Shown here piece after piece: positions 35,782-47,944 of a DNA stretch of 64,000 nt. The position numbers and the translations under genes were made by a program. This stretch comes from a virus. The notes beneath the pieces are model-generated. The model worked only from the letters and a program-made list of their open reading frames with translations, had not been told where the DNA came from and made no database searches. The stretch covers positions 1 to 64,000 of the IMG/VR virus record IMGVR_UViG_3300049043_000070; one strand, written 5' to 3'. Each line of letters opens with the position of its first letter. Position 1 is the stretch's first letter.

Positions 35782-36626
35782 TTGCCAAGAAGTTCTCTCT
35801 ACCTATGATGAGAACTCATTTCATTCATGTATTACTGATCCTCCCTACGGTATGGGTATGGATCACTGGGATCATTCTGTGCCCAGTGTAGATATCTGGC
35901 GTGAAGTGTATCGTACACTGCGCCCTGGAGCGTTTTGTCTTGCTTTCTGCTCACCTGAGTTGTATCATCGGTTAGCAGTGAATGTTGAAGATGCTGGATT
36001 TCAAATCAAAGACCAGATTATGTGGATGACTACCACAAAAATGCCAAAGTTTAATCGTTTAAAACCAGCACATGAGCCAATTGTTGTGGCACAAAAACCA
36101 TATGAAGGTACTTTAAAAAGTAATCATGAAGAATTGGGGATGTGGTCTGATTGATACAGAGAATACCCGTGTGCCCTGGGAGAAAGAACCACCCAAAGGT
36201 TGGGTTGCTCAAGGTGCCAAGCGTCGTACATTTGGTCGTGATGGTAACACTACTGGTAGTGGTGCTGAGTATGGAACTGTAGATGCTAATCCAGCTGGTC
36301 GTTATCCTTCTAATATCATTGGTGAGGTAGAACCAGAACATCAAAAGTATTTTTATGCTCCGCGAGCAACGCGGAAAGAAAAAGGAGTAGATAATGATCA
36401 CCCCACAGTCAAACCACTCAGTTTGATGGAATACCTTATCAGGATCTATTCTCCAGTTAATTCTACTGTTTTGGATCCATTTTGTGGTAGTGGCAGCACT
36501 GGTGTTGCTGCTGTTCGGACTGGACGCCAATTTGTTGGTGTTGACCTGGAAACACATTATTGCCAGCTTGCCCAGGATCGTATAGCATCTGAGATGCGCC
36601 TGGAAGCGCCTGTAACCCCCCTCTAA
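35759..36626 (+). CDS. Beta-class N6-adenine/N4-cytosine DNA methyltransferase, frameshift near 36130
   Basis: GNCQEVL...ITDPPYG (motif IV) near the N-terminus. HPTVKPLSLMEYLI...VLDPFCGSGSTG (motif I) near the C-terminus. Confidence 0.92.
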
Positions 36627-36776
36627 CCCCTATGACCTACCCTTGCCCCTCTGTGGTCACCAACGTGACCCTGGACACCCAGCAGATCAAGTTTCTGATT
36701 GACCTGATGTGGGGACACGATGCCCGTGATGCCCGCAAGACAGCGAAGCACCATGGCGTTGATGACATCGCTGTGC

Positions 36777-36835
36777 AGTGCCAGTTGTGGAACTGTCTAC
36801 AGAGTGCCCTTGCTGAGCTGGATTGACCCTATAAT
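36777..36835 (+). promoter_or_regulatory. Palindrome-promoter cassette
   Basis: AGTGCCAGTT-N4-AACTGTCTAC, 29 bp, TATAAT. Confidence 0.8.
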
Positions 36836-37256
36836 TACAAGGTAATCAACGGAGCACCACCCCATGTGGGACGAAATCCAAGATATGCCTGCTGAGATCT
36901 TTGACATCTCTGACGAAGATCGTGATGAGAACGGCGAAGTTTTTGCCATGTCTGAAGAAGAGTATTTTGAATACTGGAACCCAGAATGTGTTGCTTACGC
37001 TAACTAATTATGAAAACTCAAACTTGGTTCTTTTTAGTCATCGCCATTCTGATGTGGAATGGTATGCTGATCAAACGAGATCAGCAGATGTTTGAGGCAT
37101 ACGACCGAGCGTGTGCTCAACTGCCTCAAGGTCACCCCGATTGTCGTTATTCACCTTATCACAAATAATCATGGAAGAAGTTTTGCTTGATCGTTACATT
37201 CTGGATCAACTGGACAAGTATGATCTAGACCTGTCTGAGCACGAATGGGATAGTGA

Positions 37257-37314
37257 TGTGCCAGTTGAACAACTGTCCCCAGAGGCGCTAGAGCTGCTCT
37301 GATTGCCCTATACT
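37257..37314 (+). promoter_or_regulatory. Palindrome-promoter cassette
   Basis: TGTGCCAGTT-N4-AACTGTCCCC, 28 bp, TATACT. Confidence 0.8.
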
Positions 37315-39431
37315 GATTACATCAGCGAAAGACACCACGCCATGACCACCACCTTCGCCCAGTTCGCTTCCGAGCAAACCGCCCGTAACACCATTCAACT
37401 CAACATCGTCAAGTATTGCTTGATGCTCTGTGATGCTCTCAAGCAGGTTGCTCCTGATGGTTACGGTTATGAACTGAATAGCTCTGGTCGTAAGTATCAC
37501 AAAATCTACATGTGTATCAACGGTCAGCGTGATAGCATCCACGCTTTTATTGACAAGACCAACGGTTATGTGTACAAACCTGCTAGCATCAAAGCTCCTG
37601 CCAAAGGTGTACGCTACAACCTGCTCGTTATGAGCGAGCGTGAGCAGATGCTTGAGAAGTGTGACTGGGCAGGCGGTTACCTTTACATGCGGTGATGCTT
37701 GACATTCCGCATCATCCCTGCTAAATTATCTACAGAGTTCGTCTTTACCATGCACTACATCGTTACTAACGGCAACGCATACGCTATTGATCACCCGCAA
37801 GATGCCATTTATGGTGCTCCTGTGCTTGAAGATGGTACTGTTGATTGGGATGGTTCATACGACATTGTGTGGGACTATCTTGGTGAAGAAGAGCGTGAGT
37901 ATGTAGCTCACCTTGCTTATCATCTTCAAGAGATTGCTAAACTGTCAGAAGAGCACACGGAGGTGTTTGTCAAATGAAGTACAATCCACTGGTTGAATAC
38001 ATCCAGACGTTGGTAGAACCATTCCCCAATCGTTATACGATGGGTGAATATAGTATCAGTGTGGCACCACGTCAAGACCTGACATATGAGGAGAATGCCA
38101 AATACTGGCGCGTATTCAGTAGATTTCCTGAATGAATTTGCTGCAGCACTTGCCAGATCGCTTCCTCGTGATGTAGAATTCAAGTCTTACGACCACCTCC
38201 AGAACAAACTTACACTTTTTAAGAAATGAACAATGAAGACTGCCTGCGTATCTCTGAATACCGTGATGATGTGTATGACTGGGCGTGTACCCGCTTTAAG
38301 CAATTGATTGCTGAGGGTGACAATGACCATGCGTTAGCACTTGCTGACGAGTTCTTTGAGTGGTTGGATCCAGAACAGCTAAGATAATGAGGTGACTTTG
38401 TTTTTTAATGAGGATGAACTTAGAGAACACTACGCAGAAATCAGTCAGTGGTCTTAGATCACTGATTATGAATTATATTAAGGCATATAACAACGATAAT
38501 CATTCTCTTGCTGAACAGTTACTTTTTCAAATAAAGACCATCCGAGAAAAAAATGAAAGTAACAATTGAACTTGGAGAAGATCTACAGGAAGAGTATTTG
38601 TCCTGGATTGCCGTCAAAGATAGTTTGAAGATTGACAAGACCATCAACTCCTTTCTATACTACACATATTATTATGGAACATTCAAGAACCCCAAAAATC
38701 CAGACGATGTGGAGGAGCAATGAGCGAAATTCCTAATTTTAAAAATGGTGACGATGAAAACTTCTTTTATGATATTTTTGATGAGAAACTAATCCAGTAC
38801 AAGTTCTTGCTGGATAAAGTTCGTGACACGATGTTTGCTGGAACTGGAAACGGATCTTACGCAAACGTTCCTGGATCATTTTTGGATGTTCTTCATCGGA
38901 TTACCAGAGATCTATTGTATGATACTTGTGACCGATTTGAAGAAGAAAAACCAGAATACAAAAAGAATGTCAGGTTAACATGCGAAATGACCTGATAACC
39001 AAAGATGAACTCAAACAGAATATCAAAGAAGCTTTGAAAGAAGTTTCACCTGAAAATTTATCGCTATTTACTCTCGGTTCATGACAATCTCTGTAATTGA
39101 AAACACTGATGGCACGTTCACAATCGACTGGGACGAAAACGACCCCAAAGAAAAAGTCCTCAACGACTGGACAGAAGAAGACTTCATCGAGTGTATCCGC
39201 TCGCACTGCGAAAAAATTATCGCAAAATCTGACGACCCTGACAACGAGCAAGTCGCCATCGAAGACGCCATCCAAGCGCACATCGACGCCCAAATTAGAA
39301 AAGACGAAGACCCAGAAAACGTCCCTCGTCTATTCTTCTGATCTGGAATTGTTTCCATACGTGGATACATTTCCATATCGTCTAGAAGATCAATCCGAAA
39401 AGAAAACCTGTTATTTCCAATGTGAAGAGCC

Positions 39432-39626
39432 ATGCTAGAAAGTACATCGAACGATACAAACCAGAATACAGATTATACTGTTACACTAGATGAAGATGAG
39501 AATGGTGATCTGTTTATGCCCATTCCAGCAGATTTCCTCACTGAACTTGGTTGGACTGAAGATGATTTGCTGGAATGGATTGTAGAAGGTGACCAAATTA
39601 TCCTCCGTAAGGTAGAAGAAGAGTAA
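39432..39626 (+). CDS. AbrB/MazE/SpoVT-like swapped-hairpin DNA-binding protein
   Basis: YTVTLDEDENGDLFMPIPADFLTELGWTEDDLLEWIVEGDQIILRKV fits the AbrB-fold pattern. Confidence 0.7.
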   Translation: MLESTSNDTNQNTDYTVTLDEDENGDLFMPIPADFLTELGWTEDDLLEWIVEGDQIILRKVEEE

Positions 39627-41485
39627 ATGTCATGGGCATGTTTGATTACTTCAGATCATCATATGATCTTGGACCACAACTCACAAATGTAGAGTGTCAG
39701 ACAAAAGATATTGAAGATGGTATTGGTGGTACGATGACACAATACTGGTTGGATCCTGCTGGTTACCTGTATTACATTGATTACTCACATACACTCGACT
39801 TGAAGATCTATGAACCAGGGGATCCAGAGTATAATGAAGAACGATCATGGTTGAACTTTGAATGGGTGCCAAATGGTACTCGTGGTAGGGTAAATATATT
39901 TCTGCTCACCAAATATGTTGAAGTCTACACATCAACATGGGGTGGTGCGTGGGAAGACTGGCCTCGTGCTAAAATACATTTCAAACATGGCAGGTTGATT
40001 GACTATGAGCTTTTCACTCGTAACACTAAAACACAGGAATGATTGGGGTAATGACTGGTACATCCAGATCATCAATACTGGCACACATTTCCCCAGACCA
40101 CTTAGGAAGAAATCACTACTACAGGTGTCATTATCATGGAACGATGATCACTGTTGGCCATATCTACAGATCAATTCTGGTGGTGGCACATTGTTTGGCA
40201 TGATGTTCTGGGTGTATAAGTTTGGATTTGACATTAGCATTTGGAGCAGAACTTGGACCTGGGAACATCTGAGAGATAAAGCAAATGAAACTGTTTGATT
40301 ACTACCACTACGAAGATTATGGGCACGAATGGTATTTCCAGTTGCTCTCAGTTTATCCACACTTCGCACTGATTAGATTGTGTCATTCAGTGGGATGAAT
40401 ACCCAGCAACAGAAGTATTCCCCATGCTACTGATTAGCTTTGGTAGTAGATCAGTCACAGGGTTCTCATTCCGCTGGAAGTGGTTTGAAATTCGCTGTGA
40501 TTTTCTCACATCAGAACCACGCAACTTCAACAAATACCATCGTAGAGACACATACCTATGACATTCAGCACACCGCTCAAAGGAACTAACAAGAAGAAAA
40601 CTACTCTGAACTGGTGGGAATACTGGATTGGTCATTGCTGGATGACAGGATGGCAGAGCATTAGCATGAACTTCCGCATGTGGGGAGATCTCATGACATC
40701 AAACTACCATCAGCTACGCTCTCATGCGTGAAGATGACCCAGAGGAAGAGTGTAAAGAATGGTTCTGGGTATCGTTGAATGAAGATGATGTTTACCCCAA
40801 AGAGTTTCTAGAGTATCTACTACAAATGTGCGAGGATATAGAGCTGGGCAAAGTAGAAACATATTCCATAGATGAAGTTATGGATAGACTAAAAAATGAA
40901 TTGGACATAGACGATGAAACAACTACCTGATAAGAAAGCACTGGATATTATGTGGACAGTGGCAACGAGTGGCAGTTTAGAAACTGGCACACGTCCCCAT
41001 TACGGTTTCGCTGATCTGTTGTATGATTACCTCACAGACAACCTCAAAAACACCTACGGAGTAGAACTCAACCATGACTTACGAAGTTAAAGTTCAATTC
41101 AAGTTTGATGCTACTTACACTTATAACTATAATTCCAGCTATGATGCTGATGATTTTATCCCAGAAGAGCATTATTTGATTACTGCTCCCGCTGCTGATC
41201 TGAATGCCAAACAGTATTTCAAACTGTTTGAGAAGTTCTTGCTGTGTGTGGGTATGTGCCCCAGTTCTATTCGCTCTGGTGCTATGTCGTTGGTATTCAA
41301 TGACTGGACTGGTGAAGAAGAGCAGCGTAAAGTGTGTAAAGAGTATGAGATCACGATGGATGAAGACCTTGATGAGAAATTCAAGGAATGGAAGATCCGT
41401 GATGAAGAGATTGCCCGTCTTTTGAATAGCAAGAAAGGTCCCATGGGGACTGTATTACAACAAGAAGAAGACCTGATCGGTCTGG

Positions 41486-41544
41486 AGTGACAGTTGGATA
41501 AGTGGCACAGGGGGTGCTGAGATGCCCTCCTGATGCCCTATACT
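41486..41544 (+). promoter_or_regulatory. Palindrome-promoter cassette
   Basis: AGTGACAGTT-N4-AAGTGGCACA, 29 bp, TATACT. Confidence 0.85.
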
Positions 41545-42375
41545 TATTTCATAAGCGAGACACCCCATGCTTCCTTCCTACAACGCTCTCCAGTTCAGTT
41601 CCAAAGAAGAGCACCTTGCTGCTCTCTATGATGCCTGCCTGCTCATCGTGAATACCTACAACGGTTCTGATGTGCTTGATGGTGTTGATATGGGACTCTA
41701 CACTCCGTTTCAATTCATGAAATCTGCCCGTAACGTTATCAACCAGATTGCTGAAGGTAACATCGTATGAGGAAAGTAATTGTAAAACCGAAGAGTAGCA
41801 AGGCGAAGAACCGTCTTGCTAACACCATGGATGGTAACCCTGTCTGTGTTGTAGAGCAAGATACTGGTGGTGAGTTGTTCCTTGCTGCTGAAAATCGCAA
41901 ATACTTCTTCTGGGTCAGCACACGGACTGGTAGCAATCGCTTCGGTGACAAAGCTGACAAAGATTGGGAAGTTATCACTGAAATCAACGCAATCCAATGA
42001 CTGACCAACATACTCTCAACGTCAAAATCGCTGACACTCTAGAGAAGATCCAACCTATCAATCCAGAACTATACGGTTTGTTGTATAGTAGATTGTATCC
42101 TCCTCATGGAGATATCAAACACTGGAACATGGAAACTCTCAATCTCTTGAATACTATACTGAAATGACCTTGATTGACACATTAGAATACTTCATAGATG
42201 ACACTAGAGCACGGCTATCTGATGTAGAATGGGAGATCCGTGAAGAAACAAACTTCATGGATGATGGACACATGGAGCGCATGGAAGATTTCTGTGAGCA
42301 GTATGATGAAATTCAAACACGGCTACAAGATCTAGAAAAGATCAAATCTATTATTCAAATCATGGAGATTGATGA

Positions 42376-42792
42376 ATGAACTACGAAACTAAACCTGATC
42401 ACACTGTTCGTAACGCTGGTATTATTGGCGTATCCTTTATTCTGACGCTGTTTATCATCAACGCTGTTGCTGGTCCGCTGTATAATGTGTGGGCACAATC
42501 GCTACAAGGTAAAGCAGAACTTCAGAAAGCAGAATACACACGTCAAGTTGCTGTGTTGGAAGCACAAGCAAAGAAAGATAGCGCACAACAGTTAGCTGAT
42601 GCTGAGGTTATCCGTGCTCAAGGTGTTGCGAAAGCAAACCAGATCATCGGTAACTCACTGAAAGATAACCGTGAGTATCTTCAGTACCTGTATATCACTG
42701 GACTGGAAGAAGGATCTAACAAAGGTAACGTGACGATCTATGTGCCTACCGAGGGTGGTATGCCTGTCCCGACTTTACAGATGAACAAGTGA
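42376..42792 (+). CDS. Membrane-anchored coiled-coil protein, SPFH/prohibitin C-terminal-like
   Basis: N-terminal TM helix, then AEVIRAQGVAKANQIIGNSL...YLQYLYI...TIYVPTE. Confidence 0.6.
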   Translation: MNYETKPDHTVRNAGIIGVSFILTLFIINAVAGPLYNVWAQSLQGKAELQKAEYTRQVAVLEAQAKKDSAQQLADAEVIRAQGVAKANQIIGNSLKDNREYLQYLYITGLEEGSNKGNVTIYVPTEGGMPVPTLQMNK

Positions 42793-42846
42793 CACTTTGA
42801 GAACTGGCACAGGGCACCTTCACGGGTGCCCTTTTTACTCTATAAT
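42788..42846 (+). promoter_or_regulatory. Palindrome-promoter cassette with terminator hairpin
   Basis: AGTGACACTT-N4-AACTGGCACA, hairpin GGGCACC/GGTGCCC plus TTTTT, TATAAT at 42841. Confidence 0.85.
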
Positions 42847-44074
42847 AACTACATCAACGAAACAACCATGTCTAACAACTCCACGACTGTCCGCTCTGGT
42901 ATGGGTTTCTCTGGATGGTCACTATTCTGTTTATTGGTCTGAAACTGACTGGTTTTATTAGCTGGTCCTGGTGGTGGGTTCTGTCTCCTCTGTGGATCAG
43001 TGCTCTGTTTGTTCTTTCTATTCTTGCTCTCATTCTTCTTCTCACCATTATTACTGAGTTCTGGAAATGAACTACCTATGCCTTGTTGATGGACTTTTAG
43101 AATACATGAGCACTTCTGAAAGTCACTTTGCTCACTATCAGTTAATGTATGCCGAAGAACACCGTGATGCTGATGTTCAGTATCTCACTCTGACTGATGA
43201 AGAGTATGATGAAATGTTCCCTTATGAGGAAGAAGAATGAAAGCTAAAACTCGTGTCATCTTAGAGATGGCGATTGAAGAAGGTGTGCGTCGTGGTTATT
43301 CTCGGGCACACAAACATGTTGAAAATCCTACTGAGGGTGCTATCATTGAATCCATTGAGGAGCATGTAATGTCTGCTATCTACGAATACTTTACCTTTGA
43401 TGAGGAAGATTACCAATGACTTACGACGAACTCTACGACCACATCGTAAACTATGTTGCGATGCCACATACTACTATCACAGAGCATGACAAACGCCGTG
43501 CTTGTCTTATTCTTGGAGCATTTGTTGAGTTTATCCTTGACTGTGCTGATCAAGGTATAGATCCTCGCACACTTGATCTGACTGATTATGCCGAGGGTAA
43601 AGTGAATGATTTAGTTGCTGAGATGGAGGAAATCAAATGAGGTTCCGTAACATAGAGTTCCGTTGGAGCAAATGTAACAACAAATATGAACTTGTCAAGT
43701 GGTTTCAACGAAATGGTTCTGTAGAAGAGAGTTGTTATGTGATTGCTTTCTTTGATAAAGACACAGAATGCTACAATATGAGAACCGTAGGGGATAGGTT
43801 CTTTGAGGATAAAGATGCATTTGTAGTTGCCAAGTATGGACTTGAGTTTCTAAATGCCATCTATTATATTGAGAAACAGGAAGAGGAACTGGAATGACTG
43901 ATATGAAAGAAAAAGCAAGAAAAGTATTCTCTCATTATTATTATGACCCACAACACGACCCTAACTTACATCTTGCTGCTACTCTCCGTGAGGTGATTAA
44001 CCAACTCCAACAAAGCCCTGGTGTGATTATGTGTTATGATTTATTGAAACTATGTGAGGAGATTGAGAACCTTG

Positions 44075-44134
44075 AATGACACTTAAAGAACTGGCACAGG
44101 GCATCTTCACAGGTGCCCTTTGATGCCCTATAAT
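44075..44134 (+). promoter_or_regulatory. Palindrome-promoter cassette with hairpin
   Basis: AATGACACTT-N4-AACTGGCACA, hairpin GGGCATC/GGTGCCC plus TTT, TATAAT at 44129. Confidence 0.85.
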
Positions 44135-45504
44135 ACTCTCATACACAACAGAAACCGATGGACTACGAAACTTACATCGACATCCACCAGTATTCCACTG
44201 ATGATAGATTTTATTACAAACTCAAAGTCACAGATGTAATGAATATGGATTACTACTATGAGGGTAGTGCCAAAACTCTTGATGATGTTATGGATTGTAT
44301 CAAACTTCATCTCAAACAACACCACATCTAAAATGACTACTCTCTTTGAAAAAACTATTCCTAAAATGTCTTGGGATACTCAATATCCCGAAGCACACGC
44401 AAAGGAATACTTTCCTTACAACAACTCTGAAGCAGAAGACATTATTTCTGCTATTTCAGAAGATAGTGGTGAAACCATCTGTGGTCGTTCGTTGATTATG
44501 CTTCTTCACCAAATGAATGAACGCATTTATGAACTTGAAAGTGAAATTCGTCAATTGAAAGGTGAATGAAATGACTAAAACAGAAAGAAAGGTAATGGAA
44601 GCATTTTGGAACTCTCATCAACAAGATAGATTTTATTGGCATCGTGATGGTGTTGCTGCTGCTCTCCGTGAAATGGCAAAACAACTTCAAAAATATGGTA
44701 CAATTGATGTGATTGAACTTGAACAACTGTGTAAGGAATTGGAGGTCTATGACTGAACGAGTAAAATTTGTATCAATCTCCCGCACAATTAGTGATGCTT
44801 CTGGTATTCATTACTTGGATGCGATTGATGAAAATGGGCAACACTGGACGGGACAAATGGAAACAGGTGTAGAAAAATGGATCACCTGGAAAGAAATGTG
44901 GAAGAAAAACACTCAACAACCTTATGACTTATGAATAACGATTGGAAACCATTTGGGATCAACGAAGGGCAAGGTTCCAATACAGTATCTTCATATTCCA
45001 CTTGGGATTATATGAGAATTGAACAACCAAAACGCATTTGTCGTTGTGATTTGTTTGGACAGGGACAAATGGTAATCAGTTTTTATGATGCTCAATCTAA
45101 CCTGTTCCCAATCGTTGGATTAGATTTTGGACACGAGTATTCTTCAATAGTAAATGGAACTTTGAAAATGAATAGAAAACTCTGGGATATTATACGGGAT
45201 GATTTGGGGTATAGTATTGACTGTACCGATGAGATTGTAGATGCCGTTGAGAAATGGTTGCCAAAACCACAATCTGCTGCTGGTTCTCAAAATGTTTATG
45301 TAGAGTGTACTGTTGAAGGTTTCAACGATTGTGTGCGTGAAATGAAGGGTATGTTACGATGACTGACGAACAAATTGAAATTCTACGATCACTAATCAAA
45401 GCAGAAGTAGAGCTGGGACTACAAAATGAAAATGGATATATGTGGGCATTTGAACAAGAGAAATCAAATGACCAGGCATGGGAAACATTCAAGGAGACAT
45501 TCAA

Positions 45505-45930
45505 ATGACTGAACCACTACACGCAAAAGTAACAGACGAAGACTTCCAAAAGATTGTTGAGGCATTTGATAATCCTCAACCATATCCAGAGGAAATGTTG
45601 GATGCTGCACGCACAGCAAACAAAGAACGTGAAAAGGAAGAATGGGAACGCAAAGTGAGAAGTGATCGTATTCTTCAACGATACAACACTTACCATAATC
45701 TTGAAACTTCTGGACTTCCTCACGGCACACCAATCACACCAGAACAGCAACAAATGATTGCGTTTCGTTCTATGATTGATGCCTTTAAGTGTGACCATCT
45801 CAATCAAGAATACACTCATATTGCGATTGATGATATTGAGGATTTGATTGAGGGACTTTATCAACAATCTATTGCTTTCTTGGACAGAGTTAAAAAACTT
45901 AAAAAATCAAGGTATAATACTAATGACTGA
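45505..45930 (+). CDS. Hypothetical protein with N-terminal DUF1778/TacA-antitoxin-like motif
   Basis: LHAKVTDEDFQKIVEAFDNPQPYPEEMLDAAR. Confidence 0.5.
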   Translation: MTEPLHAKVTDEDFQKIVEAFDNPQPYPEEMLDAARTANKEREKEEWERKVRSDRILQRYNTYHNLETSGLPHGTPITPEQQQMIAFRSMIDAFKCDHLNQEYTHIAIDDIEDLIEGLYQQSIAFLDRVKKLKKSRYNTND

Positions 45931-46402
45931 ACCATTTTATCGTTTCTTTGTTGTAGATTATTGTGCCACTGGTGAAGGTAGATCTATTTGGTTGAGAATT
46001 TGTCGTTACTATGAACCTTACGATGGTAGGGATCGTGAAAAAGAACGGTGGGAAAAGTTTGTTGGTCATGAATACTATCTTCAGTGTTCAGAAGAACCAA
46101 CAGAAGAAGAATTCTTCAAAAAATATGACAATCTCATTCCAGAACGTGTTAGAATGATGGTTGAGAAGCGTGACCAACCAATCTTTACCTGGGAAACACA
46201 TTACCATTTTAATTACTCATGAACGACAAAACACTCTACAATCCAGATGAATTTCTGCTGGATAATATCAAGAGCTATCACTATGAGGTGATGGATGAAG
46301 GGCATCATGTGTGGATGGCATTCTATCTTGAGAATGGTAACACAGGGCACTTGAATATTTTCCTGAATGCTGGTAGAATACAGACACGATATGAGGAATG
46401 GG

Positions 46403-46735
46403 ATGAAACGCTGGATTGAAGATTCACTCTGGGCAATCAGAAATTGTTTCTCATTTAGGTTTATACATTATGATGATAACATTGATCGGTTAGCATTCTT
46501 TGAAGAAATCAATTGTGGTTGGTATCAAATGTATATCTACCCCTATGATGATCTCTATGTACCAATCATATCAGAAGAAAGAAGATTACGGTTAGATCAG
46601 CATCCCATCACATTCTATGTGACACAAGAAGAATTTTATGATATGATGGATATGATTGAAAATCCACAACCAATCTCATCACAACTCAAACAACTGTTAG
46701 AAAGACAACCACCATGGGATACAAATCATGACTAG
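46403..46735 (+). CDS. Hypothetical protein with C-terminal DUF1778/TacA-antitoxin-like motif
   Basis: ITFYVTQEEFYDMMDMIENPQPISSQLKQLLERQPPWD. Confidence 0.55.
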   Translation: MKRWIEDSLWAIRNCFSFRFIHYDDNIDRLAFFEEINCGWYQMYIYPYDDLYVPIISEERRLRLDQHPITFYVTQEEFYDMMDMIENPQPISSQLKQLLERQPPWDTNHD

Positions 46736-47590
46736 AGCACAACAAACAAAAGAAGAATTACTCTACCCAACACCATCAATTAATCCAGATGCTGATCTAA
46801 GTTTTCCCAGAAATTGCTCAAACAAATAATCTCAACAATTTCTCTCATCATGTTAGCTATCTCGCCAATCTTGTTATTGGTGGTAAGATTAAACCAGATG
46901 AAGCATATAAAGAGATTAAGAAACTGTATAAAGCATTAAAGCATTCACATAAGTCACTTAATGGTTCATGGTTCTGATATGACACTTAGAGCACAACAAT
47001 TCATGGATGAAGTCTGGCATGAACGTAATACATGGGCAGATACAGAAACTAAACTTGTTGCCGCTATCATTCGTAAACTCCTTACCTCATGCTAAAACAT
47101 ACACAGCATCAACACTCAATAACCTAGAAGTGATTGATAAGAATGATCTCATTACTCTATCAGTAGAACTAGAAAAGTTATGATCACATTCTCACAAACA
47201 TGTCATCAACCATACGATAGACATAAGTACAAACTGTTTCTCACTAATGGTAAGGTAGAACAGTATGAACATTATGAAGATGTACAAGTACGATGGTTTC
47301 AAACACCAAAACAATTTCTTCTCACATTGAAGTGATAGATAGAAAGAAAAAGAAATGACTAATGATTGATGAGAATACACCTTACAAACTAGCAGAAATC
47401 ATACGAAATACATGGCCTCAGTTGTTTCGTCATAAGAAGGTTGTTAATGATAATCAACAAGATGTTACGCACTGCTCCGCACCAGTGATACCAAGGGTTC
47501 TCAATAATAAAGACCTTATTGATAATCATTAGTAAGAAATAGTTAAAAAAATATGGTATATGTGAGCGAATGAAGATATTAGAGAGATAT

Positions 47591-47650
47591 TGTGCGGTGG
47601 AGAGAGTTAAGGTGCGGTAGTGACTAGTAAGGTGCGGTGGAGATGTTGGC
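47591..47650. repeat. Three tandem 20-bp imperfect repeats
   Basis: TGTGCGGTGGAGAGAGTTAA / GGTGCGGTAGTGACTAGTAA / GGTGCGGTGGAGATGTTGGC. Confidence 0.85.
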
Positions 47651-47683
47651 TTAGCGTGCTTGCTACCGAAAGTCAACTGAGTG

Positions 47684-47742
47684 TGTGCCAGATCTCAAAG
47701 TGTCACATAGACCCTCAGAGACCCTCCCAGATGCCCTATACT
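47684..47742 (+). promoter_or_regulatory. Palindrome-promoter cassette
   Basis: TGTGCCAGAT-N4-AAGTGTCACA, 29 bp, TATACT. Confidence 0.85.
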
Positions 47743-47944
47743 ACCTAGGTAATCAAAAGACATCCCAGATGCTCACTAAGATCCAGACCATTGAGACTGA
47801 CCTCTCCCCTCAAGAGAAGATTGCCCTAGATGATCTGAAAGTTTGTGAGGCGTTCATGGAAGCACGTAAAGCAGGTGACAAGCAGACTGCCCTTCAGTAT
47901 GCTAAAGTGATGATGCTGAAAGCTTTCAACACTGGTTTCTGAAG

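Noticed and set aside
41486-41509. The palindrome as a CRP or NtcA site
   Set aside because: CRP is TGTGA-N6-TCACA and NtcA is GTA-N8-TAC. Here the TGTG/CACA ends are 16 bp apart, which fits neither.
47480-47535. Imperfect inverted repeat TTCTCAATAA/TTATTGATAA
   Set aside because: Short and AT-rich, so it could easily arise by chance. No further support within the window.
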